Assembly (NCBI GenBank): GCA_036867785.1
Contig: CP145415.1
Span: 434,001 to 498,000 of the forward strand
Direction of reading: 5' to 3'
Origin: Plasmodiophora brassicae
Taxonomy: Eukaryota
DNA: 64,000 nt
In this document: piece after piece, positions 20,801-30,527 of the stretch
How positions within the stretch are numbered: position 1 is the stretch's first letter
How the letters are laid out: the number at the start of each line of letters is the position of its first letter
Made by a program: the position numbers and the translations under genes
The notes under the pieces: generated by a model
Told to the model about the DNA's origin: nothing
Seen by the model: only the letters and a program-made list of their open reading frames with translations
Database searches by the model: none

Positions 20801-22750
20801 GCCTTGACGTTCTGCGGGGGATGCCGAGGCGAGATCGGCACGGACGGACGGGAAGAGACAGCAAGCGGTCAGGGGAACACCGGTGGCCTGAGAGGCATAC
20901 AGCACGGCGGGACACGCACTCTGGGACTTGGACCAGGTACCACCGAGGCCTTGACGTTCTGCGGGGGATGCCGAGGCGAGATCGGCACGGACGGACGGGA
21001 AGAGACAGCAAGCGGTCAGGGGAACACCGGTGGCCTGAGAGGCATACAGCACGGCGGGACACGCACTCTGGGACTTGGACCAGGTACGACCGAGGCCTTG
21101 ACGTTCTGCGGGGGATGCCGAGGCGAGATCGGCACGGACGGACGGGAAGAGACAGCAAGCGGTCAGGGGAACACCGGTGGCCTGAGAGGCATACAGCACG
21201 GCGGGACACGCACTCTGGGACTTGGACCAGGTACGACCGAGGCCTTGACGTTCTGCGGGGGATGCCGAGGCGAGATCGGCACGGACGGACGGGAAGAGAC
21301 AGCAAGCGGTCAGGGGAACACCGGTGGCCTGAGAGGCATACAGCACGGCGGGACACGCACTCTGGGACTTGGACCAGGTACGACCGAGGCCTTGACGTTC
21401 TGCGGGGGATGCCGAGGCGAGATCGGCACGGACGGACGGGAAGAGACAGCAAGCGGTCAGGGGAACACCGGTGGCCTGAGAGGCATACAGCACGGCGGGA
21501 CACGCACTCTGGGACTTGGACCAGGTACGACCGAGGCCTTGACGTTCTGCGGGGGATGCCGAGGCGAGATCGGCACGGACGGACGGGAAGAGACAGCAAG
21601 CGGTCAGGGGAACACCGGTGGCCTGAGAGGCATACAGCACGGCGGGACACGCACTCTGGGACTTGGACCAGGTACGACCGAGGCCTTGACGTTCTGCGGG
21701 GGATGCCGAGGCGAGATCGGCACGGACGGACGGGAAGAGACAGCAAGCGGTCAGGGGAACACCGGTGGCCTGAGAGGCATACAGCACGGCGGGACACGCA
21801 CTCTGGGACTTGGACCAGGTACCACCGAGGCCTTGACGTTCTGCGGGGGATGCCGAGGCGAGATCGGCACGGACGGACGGGAAGAGACAGCAAGCGGTCA
21901 GGGGAACACCGGTGGCCTGAGAGGCATACAGCACGGCGGGACACGCACTCCGGGACTTGGACCAGGTACGACCGAGGCCTTGACGTTCTGCGGGGGATGC
22001 CGAGGCGAGATCGGCACGGACGGACGGGAAGAGACAGCAAGCGGTCAGGGGAACACCGGTGGCCTGAGAGGCATACAGCACGGCGGGACACGCACTCTGG
22101 GACTTGGACCAGGTACCACCGAGGCCTTGACGTTCTGCGGGGGATGCCGAGGCGAGATCGGCACGGACGGACGGGAAGAGACAGCAAGCGGTCAGGGGAA
22201 CACCGGTGGCCTGAGAGGCATACAGCACGGCGGGACACGCACTCTGGGACTTGGACCAGGTACGACCGAGGCCTTGACGTTCTGCGGGGGATGCCGAGGC
22301 GAGATCGGCACGGACGGACGGGAAGAGACAGCAAGCGGTCAGGGGAACACCGGTGGCCTGAGAGGCATACAGCACGGCGGGACACGCACTCTGGGACTTG
22401 GACCAGGTACGACCGAGGCCTTGACGTTCTGCGGGGGATGCCGAGGCGAGATCGGCACGGACGGACGGGAAGAGACAGCAAGCGGTCAGGGGAACACCGG
22501 TGGCCTGAGAGGCATACAGCACGGCGGGACACGCACTCTGGGACTTGGACCAGGTACGACCGAGGCCTTGACGTTCTGCGGGAGATGCCGAGGCGAGATC
22601 GGCACGGACGGACGGGAAGAGACAGCAAGCGGTCAGGGGAACACCGGTGGCCTGAGAGGCATACAGCACGGCGGGACACGTACTCTGGGACTTCGACCAG
22701 GTACCACCGAGGCCTTGACGTTCTGCAGGAGATGCCGAGGCGGGATCGAC
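17832..22750. repeat. 147-bp tandem array, about 33 copies
   Basis: Sequence at 18421 recurs in phase at 21361 (20 x 147); 49-aa periodicity in four ORFs; core units differ at only one or two positions. Confidence 0.97.
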
Positions 22751-22770
22751 AGGAGGGTGGTGGGATAGGT

Positions 22771-22781
22771 AGTCCGTCAAA
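22771..22781 (-). promoter_or_regulatory. Putative self-priming primer-binding site
   Basis: Minus-strand TTTGACGGACT lies 1 nt from the LTR and is the exact complement of AGTCCGTCAAA within the LTR (22826-22816). Confidence 0.75.
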
Positions 22782-22782
22782 A

Positions 22783-22874
22783 TGTCACGATCAGGCAAGC
22801 TGATGCAACGAACGCTTTGACGGACTGGCGAAGTCCGTCGCGGGGTTCTCGGTTTATTCCGGACAGTCCTCACA
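22783..22874 (-). repeat. 5' LTR (92 bp)
   Basis: Identical to 17359-17450; followed on the minus strand by a PBS complementary to the LTR itself. Confidence 0.93.
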
Positions 22875-25647
22875 ACTGGGGGGAAGTCAACCGTGCTCGG
22901 GTCGTTATTCGAATCCCGTTCACAAACAACATCAAAAATGCCACTGATAGCCAGCAAATACAGACTGGCAGTGGCGTCCACCACTTTGATGAAGGCTTCC
23001 GAATCCATCTCGTCAATTCGATCATGTACAAAGGTCCCCATGTCCAGAATAAAATTTTGAACATGTTCTCGATCGATAGCGAAACGATTACAGTCCGACG
23101 GCAACCACGAATCGCCCAACTGATCCACCTGATCGACAGACAAAGGACCGCGGCCATTGACATGCCCGAGAAGACGTCGGCAGAGCTCGCTCATTGCATG
23201 ACGTTGCATGTTAACCGTTTGTTTAGGACCCTGGATCGTCCTGAACGTGGTTCTGCAACAGGTAGCGAATTCGTGGACGACCATGAGCATAACCCACCAT
23301 TGGGGCGATGGTTTACACACAGGAGATGTCGAAAGCACATGGTCAAAGACCCGGACTCGGTGCAGGCTAAACCATGCTGTGACGCTGGCCATAGATTCCC
23401 ACCGGGTGTCGGCCACGGTGGGCACCTTCGTCCGCATTTCGTTGATGAGGTTGTGTTGACGACGCAGGTACCCGATTAACCTAGTGAGCGAAGAGTAAAA
23501 TTCGTCGTCGCCGTACCGCTTATAAACCTTCTGGAGAACAAGGTCTAGCTGGTGTGCGACACACCAAACGCGAATAAAACCAGGTTGGGCAACGCGCTGG
23601 AACCTGGTAACAACCCCGTTTAGCGACCCGGTCATCTTCTTCTCCCCGTCGGTAGTCGAACTCAGAATAACGTCACGCCACGACGTACAGACAGCATCCA
23701 GTGCTTTGCTGATAGTGTTGAAGATAACTTCAGCGGTATGCCGTTCGAATACTGGAATGGCGAGGAAATGACAGTTCACGATACCCGTGCGATTGCTGTG
23801 CAGGCGCAGGCGAACATCCAAGTACGACGTCGAAAAATGGGTCGACATATCCAGGGACACAGCGAATGCCCAAGATTTCGAAAGCATATCGGAGATCGAC
23901 TGCAAGTTGATGGCGCAGACGTAGCGCGCATATTTCGAAATAGTCGAATCCGAACACGACCCCAACGATGCGAGTCCCGTACGCTCCTTTGTGCGGGTAA
24001 GCAGGAATGCCGTCTGCCGGAACGAGCAGTTCACAGACAGATGGTCTACGGCAAGGTCGAATTGGGCAGGATTCCTGAAGTTGATTCAGTATTGAGATGA
24101 CATCTTGAAATTCACAACGCCTGACCGTATTTCGAATTCGTAGTTGCTGGGATCATCTGTTCCCTCAGAGGTAGAAAACGAACTCATCATCCGGGCACGC
24201 GTATCGCCTTCGAGGAGGTTCTCGGGATCCCAGAGCATATCGCCGATGATGACATCAACGATGCTCTTCTTGACCACGTGTACTCGCGTGACCTGACTCG
24301 CTCCAAAGTATTGGTGCAGAGTCGTCCGCACAGGTCGCGCGCCGCTGAAGAATGCCTTCTTCTGGTCGACACTGAGAGGCTCGTAGCGTTGCCAGTTCGC
24401 CGGATGCTGGCCTCTGTGATGTTGAGTGTAGTTATCAGCTCGGAATGGGAACCGGAAATACTTGACGTTCTTCCTCGCTTTGCGTTTGGCGCCAACCTTT
24501 TCTTCCCTGCCGAAATGGACGCAGAAGAGGCATTCGACGCTGAGCACAAGGTTCGGCTGGTTCACATGGTACTGAACGGGGCGCACAGCATATGCTAGCT
24601 CGTGAGAACGCTCGAAGGCCTCTGAATGCCCCGACGACATGCTGGCGCCACCGGCAACTGCACAATGCGGGGTCGCTTATTTACGGACCGACCGCAACTC
24701 TCCGTACGGATCCGTACGGAGAATACCGTGCAAAATCCGTAAATAAAGAGGCCTGTACATCAGGCCCGTTTTTCAATGACCACTGTCCGGATCCGCGTGG
24801 CTCCACACATCAGGAAAAATGGGCCTGATGAGGCGCCCCGACCCACCAGTGGTCGTTGAAAAATGGGCCTGATCTACGACTGCGCTCAGACATGCATCGG
24901 TGCTTTGGGGACCCCAACCCACAGTCAAGCAGATGCTCATTTGCGATATCGATCGCCAATGGCGAGCAACGAATCGAATCTGACGCAGACGACCAGATCC
25001 CGGAAGAGCGGCCCCGGACTAAGCGTAAGAGACGCGTTCAGAAAAGCAAAGGACCGTGCCCTCACTGGCACGAAATCAGCTGCAAGTTGGCTGCAGGCCA
25101 ATGGGCAATGGGCAATGGCTGCAGGCGGATGCAGGAATAGCTGCGCACAAGTTCACAACTGACGTCGTAAACAGCTGTTTCGCTATGTCGACGAGACCCT
25201 TCCTTTCAGCACTGGCCTTAAGATGATGCCCTGTCGAAGGGCAGAACGGCATCAGGCACGGGGGCAAGCGTACACCGATTCATCTTTGCGCAAGGCAACA
25301 TGGTGCGGGTGTGCACGATGTGCCATCCGGCCTTGGAGTTCCGCCGCCGGGGCGGACGGCGTCGTAATGACCAGTCCATCTGCAGTCCTGGGCGGGTACG
25401 GCGAATCTGACTCGGGCCGAATACCGGTATGTAGGAACCTCCAAACGTGAGTCGAGTTGGGTCGACTCGCTGCCCGTGTGGCCGTACGTTGCTGCGACGT
25501 TCAATGCACCGTTTTGCGTGTGGAGGCTACTGACGGATGGTGCCGTACTCTCCAAATCAATGACTCCTTGCCGATCCTTTCGTCGTTGTCCCGTCGAAAC
25601 CGCAGTGCTGGCGATGACAGTCGGTGTCGAATTGTAGATGAGGCGCT

Positions 25648-25708
25648 GAGGCCACCGATGCTCCCGGTCAAGAGGCCACCGATGCTCCCGGACAAGAGGC
25701 CACCGACC
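25648..25708. repeat. 24-bp tandem repeat, ~2.5 copies
   Basis: GAGGCCACCGATGCTCCCGG(T/A)CAA repeated. Confidence 0.8.
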
Positions 25709-25868
25709 CACCGTCATGCGAACCTGAAATAGGTCGCCCGGCAGTGGCGACTACCCACGGAGTCCGTCGCGGTGTTGTGCTGCGGACACGGGCTGGCTGC
25801 ACAGAGGTACCCCGGGCTGTCCAGCTGCATTTCGCCGCAGTCGCATTGTTCGGCGTGGGCGGTTGTTG

Positions 25869-26627
25869 ATGCTATCACGGAGGACTGCGCTAATGGCAGG
25901 AGGGCTGGGATTGGGCGTCATCGCCCTTGTTGCCGTCGTCTGCGTATTCTCGATTGAAGCGACGGAAGGCAATAACGGGACTGCCGTCGACCCCAGGGTG
26001 GCCGCCGAGAAGGACGCAGTCGAGAAGGACTTGATGGACATGGTGCTGGAGCGCAGGAAGGACAAGAAGAAGAAGGATGATGAGAAGAAAACCTGGACCG
26101 GCGCGTTTAAGAACCAGGTCAAGGTTTTGAACGAGAATCCTGTGGTTGCAACCGCCACCCGTGCGTACGCGCTGCACAAGGCGGTGACAACCGCATACGA
26201 CAAGATGGCAACCAGCCCATCGAAGCACCTGAAAACTGTGAGGGAGACCAAAGACGACGTTGTCAAGAAGCTGGCTGAGGTCAGTAGCCAGCCAGTCAGT
26301 CGCGCCCAGCTTGGGTTGTCCGTTGTTGGCGGAGCTGTCGTTGCTGGTAGCGCTGTTGCTGTCGTTAGCGCCCACATGAGGGAAGTGGAGAAGGCAAAGG
26401 AGGAGGAGGTCAAGAAGGAGAAGGAGAAGGAGAAAGCAAAGCAGGAACAGAAAGCCGAGACGTCCGGCATCTCGTCCAAGTCCAAGGTCCTGTTGACTAT
26501 CGGCATCATCGTTGCCTGCGCTGGCCTCTTCTTCCTGATCTACGTCGCGTACCCGCGCCGATCCGGTATCGTCATCAATGCAGCCGCCGCATCCCCCAGC
26601 AACGCTGGAGTGGCAACGTTCGCCTAA
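25869..26627 (+). CDS. Hypothetical membrane/secreted protein, single exon
   Basis: N-terminal hydrophobic segment, Lys/Glu-rich runs, central and C-terminal TM-like segments; gene-like codon usage. Confidence 0.7.
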   Translation: MLSRRTALMAGGLGLGVIALVAVVCVFSIEATEGNNGTAVDPRVAAEKDAVEKDLMDMVLERRKDKKKKDDEKKTWTGAFKNQVKVLNENPVVATATRAYALHKAVTTAYDKMATSPSKHLKTVRETKDDVVKKLAEVSSQPVSRAQLGLSVVGGAVVAGSAVAVVSAHMREVEKAKEEEVKKEKEKEKAKQEQKAETSGISSKSKVLLTIGIIVACAGLFFLIYVAYPRRSGIVINAAAASPSNAGVATFA

Positions 26628-27116
26628 GGCACACGCTGGCTTGCGAAAACGACAATGTTCCTTGCCCTAAAATCGCATACTCGCAATACACCCGCCGCGA
26701 TTCAGTTCACTGCGTTCCTATCTTGTATATTATTCGCGTTTCTCCCGTCTCTCAGATTCAGGTTCGGAAAATACAGACAGCATGTATGCAGTCGTGACGC
26801 CCTTGACGGCCACGACGGCAATGAATCCGCTGTACATGAGATTCGAATCGCGATTCGCGACGCCCAGAACTTATCATCAGCGTCAGACCGCCGACATGGG
26901 ACACGCATCCACCCTGCGACTAACGTGGCAACAGTAACGAGTGCGACGCGAAGAACACGAGGATTGGTATAACGATGACGGCGACGCCGGCGACAACCGC
27001 CTTGTGAATGCAGGACGCGTTCTCGGGCGCAAACACGACATCGGCCAGCGTCACCATCGTCGTCGCGCAGTCCGTGGGCGGCGGTTGCAGCTCCCACTGT
27101 GCCTGCCAGTGCCGCC

Positions 27117-27469
27117 ATGGCGTCAGGCGCGTTCACGTTCAAGCAGTAAGCGACAGGAACGGCCTGCTCTGTCCGTTTACCTGACTGAGTCCTGTTCAAA
27201 GCGAACTAGAGGTGGTGTTCCCGACGGCACGTCAGGCGGAGACCGTGGCGAACAGCCTGGCCGTCGATGACGATTTGCGATTGGAGCGCAGCCGGCGGTA
27301 CTTCTCGGCCAACGACGTCGTGCTGACAGTCCGGACCGAGGCGACGTCGCTCAAGTTCCTACGCGTCTCGGTCGATTCGATGATGGAGTTGGTCGTCCTG
27401 GCCATGAACACCGTTGACGCGTTCTGGCCTGGTCGGCCCAACCCGATGAATGGCGATAAACGGCAATAG
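27117..27469 (+). CDS. PCC1: KEOPS complex subunit Pcc1/LAGE3-like, 2 exons
   Basis: ELEVVFPTARQAETVANSLAVDDDL...LTVRTEATSLKFLRVSVDSMME fits the Pcc1 pattern; GT-AG intron ~27146-27201. Confidence 0.75.
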
Positions 27470-27750
27470 CAACGCCCGTTTCTGGTGAGCGCCGCTGCCA
27501 ACAATGAACACGGGCAACGACAATGGCAAGCGGTGAAGTGTAGTACCTCGTAGCCGACGATCACCGCAGAAGGCGCCGGAGCGCAGCACCGCGAAGGTCG
27601 CCGCGTCACAACAGCAACCGGCACTCCTGCGGCGGCCTCGTCGCGCGCCAGGTCGGCCCCCGGCGGCGCTAGCAGGCTGTGCCGCCCGTGCCCAGGGCAG
27701 GTAGGTGGGTGCCGGCGCCAGTAACGCGGGACGTGTGCATCGGGCAGACG

Positions 27751-28983
27751 ATGGCGACGCGGACGCTGACGACCTGGCTGGGGACCTGGAACCTCAACGG
27801 CAAGCCGATCGTGGTGCCGGACGGCGCCGCCCGCCAATGGATCGTCGATGACGCTGACGCCGACCTGTACGTGTTCGGCCTGCAGGAGCTGCCGGCGCTG
27901 GCCGTCACGTCGTTGCTGGCCGAGTCGTGGCCGTCCGACCAGTATTCGTCGCTGATCGCCCCCGTCCTCCAGGTGGGAGACCGGGCGCCGCCGCCCCCCA
28001 GATGATCGCGCTGACGAACGCACGCACGCATCCAGGGGAACTTACCGGCCGGGTACTCGCGCCTGATCTGCAACGAGTTCGGCGCGATGGCCATCGACGT
28101 GTACGTTCGGGACAGCATCCGTGACGAGATCCGGGAATTGGCGACCAGAGTCTATGGCGTTGGCCCGCTGGCCGGCCTGGGGCAGAAGGGCGCCATCTCG
28201 GTCCGGTTTGCCTTCCGCGGTACGTCCTGTCGTTTGTCGTGTTGTCAGAGGTCCCTTTCCCCCGTGACGTTGTTCGTCCCAGGGCAAACGTTCTGCTTCG
28301 TGTCGTGCCACCTGGCAGCGAACGAAGGCGCGCGGGACATTCGCGACAAACAGTTCTCGGACGCGTTCGAGCAGACGTCGTTCGCGAGTCCGAACGGGTC
28401 GGCGGTCCCCATCAGTGCCCATGACCACTGCTTCGTTCTCGGCGACCTGAACTACCGGCTGCTGACGACCAGGGGCGCCGTTCTACGCGTCGCTAGCGGC
28501 GACTCTCCCGTGGCCAAGCTGCTCGAGGCCGACGAATTGCTGCTGACGACGCGTTCCGGCCCTCTGAGCAAGGGGTTCGTTGAACCCGAGGTCACGTTCC
28601 TGCCGACGTATAAGTTCGCGGATGGCCAGTTTGTTGTCGATCGAGTTCCCTCGTACTGTGATCGTGTCCTTTATCGTCCCAGGGCGGGGTCCCTGTCGAC
28701 CCCCGCCGAGTGTCGACGCTATTCGTCCGTTCCGTTGTTCAGCTGTAGCGATCACAAGCCGGTGTTCGCCGTGTACACGTGCACGGTCGAGGAGGGCACG
28801 GGGCAAGCGGATGGGCCGGCGGACTGGCCACCTGAACAACGCAACCGGGCTGTTCGAAGCGCGGTCCAGTACGCAGGGGCGGTATGGGGCAGGACTACGA
28901 GCACGTGGACATACCTGACCGGGCAGGGCGGGTCCTCGTCGTCGGCACCGCCGCCATCGTCTGGGTCCCTATATGAACTATAG
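27751..28983 (+). CDS. Inositol polyphosphate 5-phosphatase, multi-exon
   Basis: GTWNLNG, YVFGLQE, KGAIS, FVSCHLAA, GDLNYR, PTYKF, PSYCDRVL, SDHKPV. Confidence 0.92.
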
Positions 28984-29651
28984 GATTACTTTGATTGAAC
29001 CTGTACGAATGCGCGGGCGCGAAAGGTCGAGTCGACCAGCGTTCTTGGCACATGGCGGATCCCCCGACTTCACATCGGCCCTGCTGATGTCGCCTACGTT
29101 GAGAAACGGGTAGGCGTCCCATCCGAGGCACCGATCCGACGACAACCAGTCTGGCGCCGTCCGGTCACGCGCCGGCCCGCATGGCGGTCCCGTGGTCAAT
29201 TGTCGGCAGCAGACCCGATGCCAGAGGAGGTACTGCGATCGAATGCTTCCAGGCCGGGCCGGGCCGGCACTGCACGGATCGCTGCAGTGCCCAGATGGCC
29301 CAGGTGCGTCACTGTGACGACGCCTTCGCCACTCGAACGGGCCCCGACCGTACGGTCATCTGCCGAGACAGACGAAGCTGTCCCTTTCGTTCTGTCGCGT
29401 ACTGCTCAATTACGTTGTTCGCCAGGCACTTAATACACGGCCACAGAGTCACCCACTCGTTGCTGCTGCGCTGGCCACCGGCGACGAACGGTCGTTGTCG
29501 GTGTTGTAGGAACGTAACCGTCGGTTAAGCATCATTGCGGCAGTGTAATGGCCAATGTTTCAAATCGCTGTACAAGAGCGTGTATTATGCAGCGCTTGAC
29601 AGCTCGGGAAAATAGCTCTTTAAGAGCATGTGTCGAATACACAGGTGTCTC

Positions 29652-29723
29652 GGCCGCTTAGTTTAGTGGCATAATTCTCGGTTTGGGTCCGAGAGGTCCC
29701 GCGTTCGATTCGCGGAGCGGCCC
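29652..29723 (+). tRNA. tRNA-Pro(TGG)
   Basis: Acceptor stem GGCCGCT/AGCGGCC; anticodon arm CTCGG-TT-TGG-GT-CCGAG; T loop TTCGATT; TTTT terminator follows. Confidence 0.95.
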
Positions 29724-30527
29724 TTTTGTACTTTTGCTGTACCTCACGAAGTGCAGACATCGCGTCAAAGGCGCCGTTCTTTCTCGATCGACTGGACCTT
29801 GTCGTCATTCCACACGCTATGCATGATCTCATGATCTGTGATGATGCGTGCGATCCGTGCTGATGAACGAGAAAAGCGCCCTTCTCGATTATACGGATTA
29901 TTCGTTAACAGCTGCAAGTAGCTGTGTACCGCCGAGCAGGTGCTGTGTACCGTCGAGTACTGACGCTCGACGGATTGAAGCCGTTCGCTTTCTACAAGTA
30001 CTTTCAGCTAGCGCCAGATCGTGAAACCAGCGAACACCTGGCGGAAGCGAATTTTTGGTGTCGGAGGAACGTTCTTTATGATCGCTCCCCTTTCAAATCG
30101 ATCGTACCAGGACGAGCAAGCTGAAGTGAAAGGAAGAGCGAGGATGCGCTACGTCCGCCGCGAGCGTCCGGTGACGCGATGGCTTCAGGCAGCAACGAGT
30201 GCACAAAGGAGGGGGCGTCAGCAGGACGATAGCATATCTACTAGAAGAAATGCGAACCGCAACTTTAGCGTGGCGTAGCTCGATCTCGATTGGTTGAGGT
30301 ACTGGGGTCGTACGATACATGGGCGATAATGCACGCATTGACGACCACCAGATAGCTCCACATCTACCGGCCGTTACCATCAAGGTGATAACCCGCTCGA
30401 CTCTCGCCTCCAACTACAATACCTACCTAACACCGTAGAAGAGCTGGCCGCTTGCAGCACACGGCTGCGGTTTATTTAGTCAGACCCAATGGGCTGTACC
30501 TTGGCACGGGTCCAGTGCGAACCGCGA

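Larger units (their letters stand above)
17359..22874 (-). mobile_element. Non-autonomous LTR retroelement (TRIM/LARD-like) filled with a tandem array
   Basis: Identical 92-bp TG...CA direct repeats; 5-bp TSD ACTGG (17354-17358 / 22875-22879); minus-strand PPT AGAAGGGG beside the 17359-17450 LTR; no gag/pol motifs. Confidence 0.9.
16936..24640 (-). pseudogene. hAT-like DDE transposase (710 aa when reconstructed), interrupted by the LTR element
   Basis: Exon 24640-24126, intron 24125-24075, exon 24074-22875, resuming at 17353-16936; motifs SLDMST, TTDGE, WCVAHQLDL, TRW, NAQVESDFS. Confidence 0.88.
16789..24755 (-). mobile_element. hAT-superfamily DNA transposon (about 2.45 kb without its insert)
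   Basis: Perfect 20-bp TIRs CAGGCCTCTTTATTTACGGA (16789-16808 / 24736-24755); 8-bp TSD TACATCAG (16781-16788 / 24756-24763); encloses a transposase gene. Confidence 0.95.
16775..24882. mobile_element. MITE-like element (~133 bp when empty) split by the hAT insertion
   Basis: Removing the hAT and one TSD copy gives left arm CAGTCGTACATCAGGCCCGTTTTTCAATGACCACTG (16775-16788 + 24764-24785), which matches the reverse complement of 24847-24882 at 33/36 positions. Confidence 0.7.

Noticed and set aside
17832-22750. CRISPR array
   Set aside because: Units are contiguous near-identical 147-mers with no unique spacers; no cas genes; eukaryotic context.
18060-22803. 1,400-1,500-aa ORFs on both strands as real genes
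   Set aside because: They arise because a GC-rich 147-bp unit (a multiple of 3) lacks stops in four frames; no gag/pol or other domain motifs.
17359-22874. Retrozyme (hammerhead ribozyme in the LTR or repeat)
   Set aside because: No CTGAnGA...GAAA core with flanking stems found by eye on either strand; CTGATGC and CTGAGAG lack a suitable GAAA.
17359-22874. The 92-bp repeats as a simple target duplication of transposase sequence
   Set aside because: The transposase frame is restored only when both copies are removed, and they have TG...CA ends, their own TSD and a PPT.
29838-29864. C/D snoRNA downstream of tRNA-Pro
   Set aside because: The GTGATGA and CTGA boxes are only ~15 nt apart, too close for a guide RNA.
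29924-30278. Small gene between tRNA-Pro and aconitase
   Set aside because: Short ORFs with no recognisable motif or convincing start; cannot be supported.
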